Assembly: GCA_036918135.1 (NCBI GenBank)
Contig: JBALDB010000046.1
Coordinates: 1-64,000 of the forward strand
Direction of reading: 5' to 3'
Length of the DNA: 64,000 nucleotides
Source: Nostoc sp.
GTDB taxonomy: Bacteria > Cyanobacteriota > Cyanobacteriia > Cyanobacteriales > Nostocaceae
A program made the position numbers and the translations under genes. Numbering within the stretch: position 1 is the first letter of the stretch; each line of letters opens with the position of its first letter. The notes under the pieces were generated by a model. It made no database searches. It was not told the DNA's origin and saw only the letters and a program-made list of their open reading frames with translations. This document shows, piece by piece, positions 31,282-40,438 of this stretch.

Positions 31282-31674
31282 ATGGTAGATGACTTTTTGC
31301 GAAAGGCGAAGGATTTCCTGTTGGGGTCGAACAGCGATCGAAGCGATGAAAATAATGAATTCCGCGATCGCGATGTCCGCCCAGCTAGCGAAGACCCCTA
31401 CGGCGACCCCGCAGACCCAGCATCATATAGGAACGTTCGCCCAGCTAGCGAAGACCCCTACGGCGATCCCGCAGACCTAGCATCTTACGGAGATGTTCGC
31501 CCAGCTAGCGAAGACCCATACGGCGACCCCGCAGACCTAGCATCATACGGAGACGTCCGCCCAGCTAGCGAAGACCCCTACGGCGACCCCGCAGACACAG
31601 CATCATACGGAGACGTTCGCCCAGCTAGCGAAGACCCATACGGCGACCCCGCAGACCAAGGTTACCGTCCTTAA
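31282..31674 (+). CDS. Acidic protein with five 20-aa repeats (VRPASEDPYGDPAD...)
   Basis: Strong AAGGAG RBS; 60-bp tandem units with the conserved core starting at 31378, 31438, 31498, 31558 and 31618. Confidence 0.8.
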   Translation: MVDDFLRKAKDFLLGSNSDRSDENNEFRDRDVRPASEDPYGDPADPASYRNVRPASEDPYGDPADLASYGDVRPASEDPYGDPADLASYGDVRPASEDPYGDPADTASYGDVRPASEDPYGDPADQGYRP

Positions 31675-31773
31675 CACGCAACAAGTTTTGTGATGCTGTT
31701 TTCATAGGATGATGACTTGTGGAATAGCAAATCAAATAAGGCAGTAGGTTCAAATACTACTGCCTTTTGTTTT

Positions 31774-31882
31774 TATAGCCGTAGTCACACCCTTTAGGAC
31801 ATAATGACAAGCGTGAATGTTAGGAGCAGTAATAGTTTTACCTCCAGCAAGAACTGCCTTCTTCCTCCTGCCTCCTGCTATA
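31774..31882 (-). mobile_element. 109-bp MITE-like element, copy 1
   Basis: TATAGC...GCTATA ends; its reverse complement aligns along its length with 54103-54211. Confidence 0.8.
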
Positions 31883-32025
31883 CTACTAATTTTCAATTTC
31901 CAAACTAAAATTAACGTGCGCCTCGTTTGGAGACTCAGGTTAAATTAAAATGCAATTTTATTAACCAGAAATCAAAAGGCAAAATTGAGTATTCATTCTC
32001 ACTTTTGAATTCTGAATTCTTTTCA

Positions 32026-32241
32026 TTATTTAAACTGTTCAAGTTGGTCTGTACGTAACCAAACATTTGGTGTTGGCACTTTGCCAAACTTAACAAGTGC
32101 ATAATCACCTTTAATATCTACAATTTCGCCCTTAGAGTCAAATAAATACGAAGGAAAGCGAGTATCACTAGCTTTTGCTTCGAGACTATTTTCCAGTTTT
32201 TCGCGGATAGCACGAACCATATCTCCTTTTTTGACTGCCAT
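32026..32241 (-). CDS. ndhO: NAD(P)H-quinone oxidoreductase subunit O
   Basis: [11 protein letters not shown]...[14 protein letters not shown]...VPTPNVWLR. Confidence 0.93.
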   Translation of the reverse strand: MAVKKGDMVRAIREKLENSLEAKASDTRFPSYLFDSKGEIVDIKGDYALVKFGKVPTPNVWLRTDQLEQFK

Positions 32242-32361
32242 AAATTCCCCTCTCAAATTTGTAAATTGTTTTATCTGCATTCTAAGAGACTTAGAACTTA
32301 CAAGTTATTAGTCATTCGTCATTAGTCATTATTTATTAGTTATTCCCCATCTCCCCACTCC

Positions 32362-33225
32362 CTACCTTCTTTGACACTGAGGACAAAAGTGGCTCGATCG
32401 CCCAGCTAGCCTAAATCGCATAATTGATGTACCACAAACTCGACAGGGTTCTCCAGCGCGGTTATAAACCCAAGCTACACCCCCATAATTGCCGTTGATA
32501 CCCTTAACATTGAGAAAATTGCTAAAAGTCGTACCACCAGCCTCAATGCTGGTTTCTAACACTTGAATTATCGCTGTTCGCAAATTCTCGATTTGCTTTA
32601 GCTGCAAATCCGTACACAACGTTTCAGGTAAAATTCCACTCTTAAATAGGGCTTCATCAGCGTAGATATTACCTAATCCCGCTACCACCGACTGATCCAG
32701 TAGCGCAGTTTTAATCGGACGACGGCGCTTTTGGAGTTTACCTGCTAGATATTCAACAGTGAATTGATCTGAAAACGGGTCTGCCGCGAGTTTTGCCAAA
32801 CCTGTTATCACACTTTCTACAGCAACACCAGACGGAACCCACCACATTTGACCGAAGGTACGCTGATCGACAAAGCGTAATTCCTGTTCTTCTCCAAAGA
32901 ATAATCTAACTCGCGTGTGCTTGTGTAACGGTTCATCTGGACGCACCCACAGAAGTTGACCGGTCATTCGCAGATGAACCCCTAGCCAACTGGTTGAGGA
33001 AGACAGGGAAGCAGGAGATGAGAGTGTGAGTTCAGCTAGCAGATATTTGCCACGACGATGCCAAATGGCGATCGCATTGTTTTTAATTCCATCCACAAAC
33101 TCATCGACAGAAAACGGGTAGGCGATGGTGCGATCGAGCAACACATCTCCACCCGTAATTTTTTGGTTGAGGGTCAATTGATTTAGACCCCTTCGGACTG
33201 TTTCAACTTCAGGCAGTTCAGGCAT
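32362..33225 (-). CDS. mutM: Formamidopyrimidine-DNA glycosylase
   Basis: MPELPEVE, HLRMTG, GLGNIYADE and a C-terminal zinc finger. Confidence 0.97.
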   Translation of the reverse strand: MPELPEVETVRRGLNQLTLNQKITGGDVLLDRTIAYPFSVDEFVDGIKNNAIAIWHRRGKYLLAELTLSSPASLSSSTSWLGVHLRMTGQLLWVRPDEPLHKHTRVRLFFGEEQELRFVDQRTFGQMWWVPSGVAVESVITGLAKLAADPFSDQFTVEYLAGKLQKRRRPIKTALLDQSVVAGLGNIYADEALFKSGILPETLCTDLQLKQIENLRTAIIQVLETSIEAGGTTFSNFLNVKGINGNYGGVAWVYNRAGEPCRVCGTSIMRFRLAGRSSHFCPQCQRR

Positions 33226-33478
33226 TCAAGCTGATTAAGCAAGCAATTTTTGAGTATATTTGGGGACTAAGCAATCTTAGATGACCTACTGTGTAGACAC
33301 CCATAGGCGGCGAAAGCCATACTACTGAACAGAAACCGTAAATACCCGCAGGGCGGCTTCTCGTAGTTAGGGTAGGCTAAGAGCAAGGATGAAAAAACTG
33401 AAAGTTTTAGATTTCAGACTTCATACTTGAGACTTCCCTTCATCATCCCATTAAACAATCCCCTTGTAGGTTTAGTGC

Positions 33479-33691
33479 TTATTTTTTCGCCTTAGCCTTT
33501 GGTGCTTCCACTTCCACTAGCTCATCTTCGGCAAAATTGTTGGTATTGATACCATAGTAATTTACCTTTTCAAAACGGACAATTACTGGGTATTTGATGC
33601 CGCTTTGATCGATAGAAGCTACGGTTCCTAGATCTTGAAACCAGTAGGATTCAGGGCGGAGAATACGTACTTTAGAACCACGTTGAACCAT
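33479..33691 (-). CDS. psaE: Photosystem I subunit IV
   Basis: [14 protein letters not shown]...[12 protein letters not shown]. Confidence 0.98.
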   Translation of the reverse strand: MVQRGSKVRILRPESYWFQDLGTVASIDQSGIKYPVIVRFEKVNYYGINTNNFAEDELVEVEAPKAKAKK

Positions 33692-34017
33692 AATAATTTT
33701 CCTCTTGAGTTATCAATTGCCAATCTAGAGGGCTAATTGATTTCACTCTACAACCTGAAGGTAGCAGCAAGAGGCTTTGTTAAGTTATTTGTCTGACATT
33801 AGGTGTGGGGTATGGGGAAAGAGGCTCTAGGGGCAAAAAGACCAAATAGAAAATGTATCAGAGGTGGTTAGGATTGTTGCTTTTTTACAATCTTCCCACA
33901 CTTCCTTATCTTGCCAGTCTCCTACCATATATCAAATCTCAAAATAGTACTCAATTGTTCTTGACAAAGTTTTCATAATAATGTACCTTCGTTCGCAAAC
34001 AGTACTTTTGCATAAGC

Positions 34018-34602
34018 TTATGTTTTACTCAATACGAATACACTTCCCTCGTTCCCTCTACCAATTCGCAGATCGTTATCTATATAAGTAATATCTAACC
34101 AGCCTTGCTGTTGATTGTTGTTTATCGGAACATCAATCCCCAGAAATTTTCTACCTGCTTCAATTTGTTGGATAAAAGTTACCGGAGAATTGTATTCTAT
34201 TAAACGTTGTAAGCCGATAATAGACCGCTCAAATTTTACTCGGACACGCCGCTCTGAAACTGGCTCAAATTTAGCAGCAACGCTAACTAATCCTTCTAGG
34301 TAAGGTAAGCCGTAAATCTCTGCTATGTTGTAAACGCTGGTAGTTTCTACCCGGATACACTGATAAATTTGACCTAGTTTGCATAAAGGTAGACGATCTA
34401 AGTTTAAAAGAGCCTTACTAGTGGTGTATAGTAATCGCCAATTACCATTTAGCAAGTTGTTAGCTTCCACCGGACGTGGTGTAGGGTTAAAGTCTTCTAA
34501 ATTGGCGATCGCTGCTAAGATAACCTGTTTCTGTTGTTCAGTCGCCAATAAACCGCGATTTGTACCAGCGATCGCATCCATAAGAGCTGCTTTTCCAATC
34601 AT
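34018..34602 (-). CDS. PAP/fibrillin family protein
   Basis: NRGL...LE..NPTP...G.W.LLYTT...GWLDITYID.DLRIGRG. Confidence 0.92.
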   Translation of the reverse strand: MIGKAALMDAIAGTNRGLLATEQQKQVILAAIANLEDFNPTPRPVEANNLLNGNWRLLYTTSKALLNLDRLPLCKLGQIYQCIRVETTSVYNIAEIYGLPYLEGLVSVAAKFEPVSERRVRVKFERSIIGLQRLIEYNSPVTFIQQIEAGRKFLGIDVPINNNQQQGWLDITYIDNDLRIGRGNEGSVFVLSKT

Positions 34603-34843
34603 CGTCTATGACCTCAAAAATCACTCACTTTTCATCAGCATAAACAAGTTATTCATAACCTATGTGTAAAACCAAAAAAATTACTAATAATTACTTTCCG
34701 TAAACCATCAGCCTATTCAATAAAAATTTCTATCTGAATGCGGATTTCTCAACTCAAGGGTTGAAAGGATAACTAAATTAATTCGTGTCAGGTGATAGAC
34801 TCTAAATGTCAAGTTAGGTAAACCTTTTGTTGTCTTCGTCGAT

Positions 34844-35083
34844 ATGTTGAACTCTCCATTACGTGAAGAACCCCGCAATCAACGAGCTGGTGTCATCCCT
34901 CTAAAGCAAGAATCTTCACTATTAGATTGGTTACAAAGTAACGGTCGGATCATAGCGCGTGATGTTCAGGAACCGGATTTCCAAGATGACGAAGAAGAAA
35001 TAGACTCCCTGATGGGTGTAGAAGATGGAATTGGCGATTACGACCTTGATGATGATGACGATATCCCAATCGCTGAAGATTAA
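34844..35083 (+). CDS. Small conserved acidic cyanobacterial protein (DUF3134-like)
   Basis: NSPLREEPRNQRA.VIP...SLLDWL...GR; upstream of mraY. Confidence 0.75.
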   Translation: MLNSPLREEPRNQRAGVIPLKQESSLLDWLQSNGRIIARDVQEPDFQDDEEEIDSLMGVEDGIGDYDLDDDDDIPIAED

Positions 35084-35162
35084 TCTTTTGTCTTTAGGAA
35101 CTTGGTGATATGCCTAGTTTTTGGTATTCAGTTTTATAAGTGTGGAGTGAAGGGAAACTTCT

Positions 35163-36266
35163 GTGGACGCTAAATTATCTCCTGAGCAAGGATTAAATAT
35201 TTCTGGAATCGCTCTAGCCTGTTTATTAGCCGTAGGACTAGGGACAACCGCATTTTTCTTGGATTGGATGGCCAATAGGTTACCTTGGCAAGCTGCATCA
35301 CTTACGCTGCCACTATTGTTGTGTGCGCTGGCTTCAGGTGTGATGGGTTACTTAGTAATACCTCTACTACAAGCGCTCAAAACAGGACAAATAATCCGTG
35401 AAGATGGGCCCCAAGCTCATCTCAAAAAGGCAGGAACGCCGACAATGGGCGGTATATTTTTTATACCTGTAGCCGTAATCCTTGCCTGTATATTGTCTAA
35501 CTTTGCGACAGAAGTGCTTGCAGTTTCCGCATTGACAATCAGCTACGGATTGATTGGTTGGCTCGACGATTGGCAAATTCTCCGCCGGAAGTCAAATAAA
35601 GGTATATCTCCCCGGATGAAACTAGCTTTACAGGTAAGTTTTGCTCTGATGTTTTGTCTGTGGCTGATGTTTAATCAACCTTCTAATATTACAAATATAG
35701 CTTTGCCTTGGGTTAGCTTTACACTACCCTTAGGGTTTCTATTCTGGCCCCTAGCAGGTTTTGTGCTAGTTGCAGAAAGTAATGCTACTAATTTAACTGA
35801 TGGTATTGATGGCTTAGCAGGAGGAACAGTAGCGATCGCTCTTTTGGCTTTAGCTGCCCTAATCGCGCCTACAGCACCGGGGTTGATGATTTTTTGTGCT
35901 GGTTTAAGTGGCGGCTGCTTAGGTTTCTTAGCTCATAACCGCAACCCAGCCCGCGTTTTTATGGGAGATACTGGTTCCCTGGCATTGGGAGGAGCTTTAG
36001 CAGCTGTGGCGTTGTTGACAAATAGCTTAGTAGCACTGTTTATTCTTAGTGGTATCTTCTTCGTAGAAACGCTATCTGTAATGGCACAAGTCAGTTACTA
36101 CAAAGCCACTAAAGGCTCTGATGGCAAAGGCAAACGTCTCTTCAAAATGGCACCCCTACACCATCATCTAGAACTAACTGGCTGGTCAGAATTGCAAGTA
36201 GTTGGAGTGTTTTATATTATTGCTGCAATTTTAGCTGCTATTAGTTTAGCGATCGCTCCATTCTAA
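35163..36266 (+). CDS. mraY: Phospho-N-acetylmuramoyl-pentapeptide transferase
   Basis: KAGTPTMGG, NLTDGIDGLA, VFMGDTGSL, MAPLHHHLE. Confidence 0.98.
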   Translation: MDAKLSPEQGLNISGIALACLLAVGLGTTAFFLDWMANRLPWQAASLTLPLLLCALASGVMGYLVIPLLQALKTGQIIREDGPQAHLKKAGTPTMGGIFFIPVAVILACILSNFATEVLAVSALTISYGLIGWLDDWQILRRKSNKGISPRMKLALQVSFALMFCLWLMFNQPSNITNIALPWVSFTLPLGFLFWPLAGFVLVAESNATNLTDGIDGLAGGTVAIALLALAALIAPTAPGLMIFCAGLSGGCLGFLAHNRNPARVFMGDTGSLALGGALAAVALLTNSLVALFILSGIFFVETLSVMAQVSYYKATKGSDGKGKRLFKMAPLHHHLELTGWSELQVVGVFYIIAAILAAISLAIAPF

Positions 36267-36296
36267 ATCTTTTGAAAAACTTATTTAAAACCAACT

Positions 36297-36328
36297 AATA
36301 ACCCCCGCACCTACGGGGGTTATTTTTT
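36297..36328 (+). terminator. Intrinsic terminator after mraY
   Basis: AATAACCCCCG...CGGGGGTTATT followed by a T-run. Confidence 0.75.
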
Positions 36329-36489
36329 ATTTTCAAGTACTTGAACTGCCCTTGTCATAAACCTATTAAAAACCCTTGAAAAGGGAGATACTATTTATCT
36401 CCTCTTTCAAGGGCAGTAAAAACTGCACATTGCTTCGATACCAAGGTCGAATATCAGTAGTATAACCTTAGTTTAATGTAGATAATGCC

Positions 36490-36813
36490 TTACGAAGCTA
36501 GTGCTACTTCTACCTTTTGCTGTAATTCACCTTGTTGGTAAAGTTCAATCATAATGTCAGAACCACCAACAAATTCACCATCTATATACACTTGGGGAAA
36601 TGTTTGCCAGTTAGAGTATTCTTTAACTCCCTGGCGAATTTCATCGTCTGCGAGAATATTAACTGTCTCGAAAGGAACTCCCAAACTATTAAGAATTTGC
36701 ACAACATTGTTAGAGAAACCACATTGGGGCATTAACTTGGTTCCTTTAATGAAAACCAAAATCTTGTTCTCTTGTACCAAGTTATCAATTTTTTCTTTGA
36801 GTTCTGGTGTCAT
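36490..36813 (-). CDS. grxD: Monothiol glutaredoxin (Grx4)
   Basis: PQCGFS, W.TFPQVY, GGSDI; ATG 36813 preferred. Confidence 0.95.
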   Translation of the reverse strand: MTPELKEKIDNLVQENKILVFIKGTKLMPQCGFSNNVVQILNSLGVPFETVNILADDEIRQGVKEYSNWQTFPQVYIDGEFVGGSDIMIELYQQGELQQKVEVALAS

Positions 36814-36931
36814 GGTATTTTTGTTTCCTATGTTGCATGGAACAATCATGAATTACGAGTAAGAGTAAAAAATCGATTACTCTTACACTTTTGCACAGAC
36901 GCAATTAATCGCGTCTCTCCTAAGTTTATAT

Positions 36932-37189
36932 TTACGAAGCTGATGTTGCTTGCCAAGCTTCAGGAGTATATGTTTTTAGAGACAAAGCGTGAATTGCTTG
37001 AGTTGATATAGCTTGTTGCAACGCACCATAGATTAATTGATGCTGTTGCACTAGTCCTTTACCTGCAAAGTGCGATGAAACTACTGTCACCTGATAGTGG
37101 TCATTACCACCAGTCAAGTCTTGCACCTGAACCTGGGCGTCTGGCAGTTCCGCCTTGATCATTGTCTCAACCTGCTGCGGACTAATCAT
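36932..37189 (-). CDS. bolA: BolA family protein
   Basis: [21 protein letters not shown]...IHALSL; adjacent to grxD. Confidence 0.92.
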   Translation of the reverse strand: MISPQQVETMIKAELPDAQVQVQDLTGGNDHYQVTVVSSHFAGKGLVQQHQLIYGALQQAISTQAIHALSLKTYTPEAWQATSAS

Positions 37190-37499
37190 CGCAATTCCTG
37201 AAAAAACCTACTTCTCTATTATTAGCAGATATAGAGCAAATGCCTATGCCAACTTTAGGTTTTGGCAAGGTTGAGAGGGACTTGGGACTGGGGACTTGGG
37301 AATACTAAGTTAGAAGTTAAGAATTATTCTCCTTGCCCCCCGAAGTTCTGTTAGTCATACCTCTACGGGGAAGCAAGCTACACGTCGCGTCTCGTAAAGA
37401 AGCCAGACGCTTAAGCCTGCTAACACTACTCTATCGCTAAAAGTCGGCGCTGGTGACTTCTCTCCTTGTCCCCTTGTCTTTGCATTTACCCAGTCCCTT

Positions 37500-38846
37500 T
37501 TACAGAGTATAAGTAAAATCTTCGACCAACATTCCAGGAACTAAACTACCTCCTAGTTGGCGACTTTCATAAGTTCCAACTTCCGGAATAAATTCTTGAA
37601 AAGTAGTTAAATCTATGAGGTTTTCTCCCCAAAAGCGATAGAGACTTTCGTCAAAACGCAAGTTTTCAATGGGAGCGATAATTTTTCCGTTTTCTACCCA
37701 AAAACAAGCATAACGAGTCATACCTGTAACTCTACCAGTTTGGCGATCGCTCCAATTCAAGTAATGCAAATTTGATACATATAAACCTGTATCTAAACTC
37801 CGCAAAATCTGCTCAAATTCTAAATTTCCCGGACTTATTTCTGGCGCACGTAACGTCTCTGAACTATTCGCACCATTAGCAGTTTTTCCATATTCTTTAG
37901 CAGTACGAGAATTAACTAGACTATTTACTAAATATCCTTTTTCTATAACTCTCAACTCCAATGCTGCCATTTCTCCCAATTCATTAAATCGTGGTACTAA
38001 TCCTCGTTGAAAATTTTCTTTCAAACTGAATTTTGGAGACAATTGTTTTTCTTGACGCCATAAAGTCGCTAAAGCACTGTTTCCTTGTTGGATATCAGCT
38101 TCGCTCAGAGATCCCCAAGAAAGCATCATTAATAAATCTGCTACAGCAGCAGGTGCAAAATAAGTTTTGTACTGTCCTCGTGGTAATTCTTTAGCTGGAC
38201 GAGAAAGTAGTTCTAGTTGCTTTTTGGCTTCGTTAATTTTGGCTATATATGCAGCTTTATCCCAATCACTACCTGCAAATGTACCTTTAACTGCTTGTCC
38301 AGATGTTATGAATAGAGAATAATCTAAGGTAAAAGAATCAGTGGCAAACCAGTGTTTCTGACCGCTAGAATCACCGTAAGCTTTAACTACGACTCCCCCC
38401 GCGTACATCCCAGTAAAATCTAGTTCGGCAACTAATTCTAAAACAGTTGGTACTACTGCTTCTTGCACCAATAAATTTCCAGAATGTATTTCTCGACTGG
38501 TACTATTTCCTGATGGTAAAACTAGATAAGGATCGACTGGGATTAAAATCAATTCATCACGTAGTTCCTGCAAAGCGGCATACCCTAGCTGCCAGTCCGT
38601 CTTCCAATTTCCAGTAAAGGGAAATAGCCGAAAACTACTGCGCTGCTCTTTCATCAAAGTTAGTTCAATCCAACCATCGGCAACACAACCAGTTTGTCGC
38701 ACTTTCGCATGATTGAAGCGAGTAAATTGACTGCTTTCGCTGCTGAGTTTTACAGTAAATTCTTCATTTTCTGCTTTTTTTATCAGCAGAGTTTCAATCA
38801 ATTGATTAAAACTGAATTCTAAAGGAGATAATTCTTCATTATTCAT
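37500..38846 (-). CDS. TldE/PmbA family non-catalytic partner
   Basis: TRFN...GLYVSNLHYLNWSDR...TGMTR; paired with a TldD gene. Confidence 0.88.
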   Translation of the reverse strand: MNNEELSPLEFSFNQLIETLLIKKAENEEFTVKLSSESSQFTRFNHAKVRQTGCVADGWIELTLMKEQRSSFRLFPFTGNWKTDWQLGYAALQELRDELILIPVDPYLVLPSGNSTSREIHSGNLLVQEAVVPTVLELVAELDFTGMYAGGVVVKAYGDSSGQKHWFATDSFTLDYSLFITSGQAVKGTFAGSDWDKAAYIAKINEAKKQLELLSRPAKELPRGQYKTYFAPAAVADLLMMLSWGSLSEADIQQGNSALATLWRQEKQLSPKFSLKENFQRGLVPRFNELGEMAALELRVIEKGYLVNSLVNSRTAKEYGKTANGANSSETLRAPEISPGNLEFEQILRSLDTGLYVSNLHYLNWSDRQTGRVTGMTRYACFWVENGKIIAPIENLRFDESLYRFWGENLIDLTTFQEFIPEVGTYESRQLGGSLVPGMLVEDFTYTL

Positions 38847-38926
38847 AGATATTAAATATTAATAAGAAGATAGGGAGACAAAGGGACACCTAACTCACCA
38901 GTCAACAGTTAACAATCAACCCTCTT

Positions 38927-40366
38927 TCAAATTCCTCCACCAAAAACTTCGACATTAGCAAATACACAAACAGGTGAACCGTGTCCTACCGAAATAGCCT
39001 GATTTGGTTCTCCTTTGCCACAATAAGGAGTACCGTACATTTGCCAGTTGTTAGCATTTCCGACTTTAACTAAGCTATGCCAAAACTCTGGTGTTGTCGC
39101 GCGATAATTAGGATTACGGAGGGTTTTGGTAAATTTACCGTTTTCAATTAATTTGGCGTATTCGCAACCAAATTGGAATTTATAGCGGCGATCGTCAATT
39201 GACCAAGAGCGATTAGATTCCATGTAAACGCCATGTTCTAAGCCAGCAATCATATCTTCAAAAGTAGCGTTTAGAGGCTCTAAATTCAAGTTTGCCATGC
39301 GGTCAATTGCTGGGCGATTCCATGAGGAAGCACGGGCACAGGCTACTCCAGGTACACCTGCTCTAGCTTGACTCTCTAAGCTACCCAAACCCCGTTGGAG
39401 TACACCTTCTTTGATTAAATACTCTCGTGTTGCTACAGCACCTGTATCATCAAAGCCATAACTGGCAAATTCACCTGGTACGGTAGGGTCAAAGGTAATA
39501 TTCATCAGTGGCGAACCATATACAAGTTTGCCAAAATTACTTTTGTTAACAAAGCTGCCTCCAGCATAGTTACGCTCATCTCCCAAAATTCGGTCAATTT
39601 CTAAGGGATGCCCGACACTTTCATGGATTTGCAGCATCATTTGGTCTGGAGCTAAAACTAAATTAGTACGGGTGGTTGGGCATTCTTCTGCTGTCAAGAG
39701 TTCTATTGCTTGTTCGCCAATTCGCCGCACCTGATGCCATAAATTTTCTTGTTTTAAAAGTTCTAGTCCGCCTTGGTAACAGTTTGCCTGAGCGCCGTTG
39801 TGGCTGCGCTGTTGTACAATTGCCCCATCTTGGGCTGTGGCTCCGTAATGAGTACCTATAGATAGAAATTTTTGATATACTTCTGAGCCATTGCTACTGA
39901 CAAACCAAGACTCCTTCTCGTTCGTGTTAGCAGTAGCTATGGTTTGCACAATCTTGTCGTCAACTTTTAAGGTTTGGCAAATACGAACCAGTAAATCATT
40001 GATTTCTCCAGGACTTAAAGCGTCCAATGGCTGAATAAATGGAGATTTATATTCACCAACGACTTTAGGACGCTCGCTTTCACGGAACGGATGTATCCAC
40101 CATTCGCTGGCTGCTAGCGCCTGTTTATAGGCTGTTTGGGCAGCTGCTTGTAGGGATGGCAGTTCTAAGGAGTTAGTAGCTGCATAACCCAAACAGCCAT
40201 TGACCAAAACTTCCAGCATGGCTCCTACAGTGAAGGATTTGCCGTTGACTTGAGGTAAGCCGTCACGGACTAAACGGTTAGTAGAAGTTTCCTTCACGGC
40301 TCGGATACCAATCCAATCAACAGGAATATCGAAACTAGCGATCGCCTTTTTTAGTTCAGACCACAT
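38927..40366 (-). CDS. tldD: TldD family metalloprotease
   Basis: IHESVGHPLE.DR (HExxxH), YGFDDTG, DRMANLNL, CGKGEP. Confidence 0.92.
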   Translation of the reverse strand: MWSELKKAIASFDIPVDWIGIRAVKETSTNRLVRDGLPQVNGKSFTVGAMLEVLVNGCLGYAATNSLELPSLQAAAQTAYKQALAASEWWIHPFRESERPKVVGEYKSPFIQPLDALSPGEINDLLVRICQTLKVDDKIVQTIATANTNEKESWFVSSNGSEVYQKFLSIGTHYGATAQDGAIVQQRSHNGAQANCYQGGLELLKQENLWHQVRRIGEQAIELLTAEECPTTRTNLVLAPDQMMLQIHESVGHPLEIDRILGDERNYAGGSFVNKSNFGKLVYGSPLMNITFDPTVPGEFASYGFDDTGAVATREYLIKEGVLQRGLGSLESQARAGVPGVACARASSWNRPAIDRMANLNLEPLNATFEDMIAGLEHGVYMESNRSWSIDDRRYKFQFGCEYAKLIENGKFTKTLRNPNYRATTPEFWHSLVKVGNANNWQMYGTPYCGKGEPNQAISVGHGSPVCVFANVEVFGGGI

Positions 40367-40438
40367 AATTAAAGAGAATAGAGAATGGGTAATGGGGATT
40401 GGGCATTGAGAAAACTTTTCTCTAGTCCCTAATCCCTC

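Noticed and set aside
31378..31657. CRISPR array (39-bp repeats with 21-bp intervals)
   Set aside because: The intervals resemble each other, the period is exactly 60 bp, and the array is in frame in an ORF with a strong RBS.
37298..37306. Second GGGAATACT J-box
   Set aside because: It is embedded in GGGACT-type short repeats and points opposite to both flanking genes.
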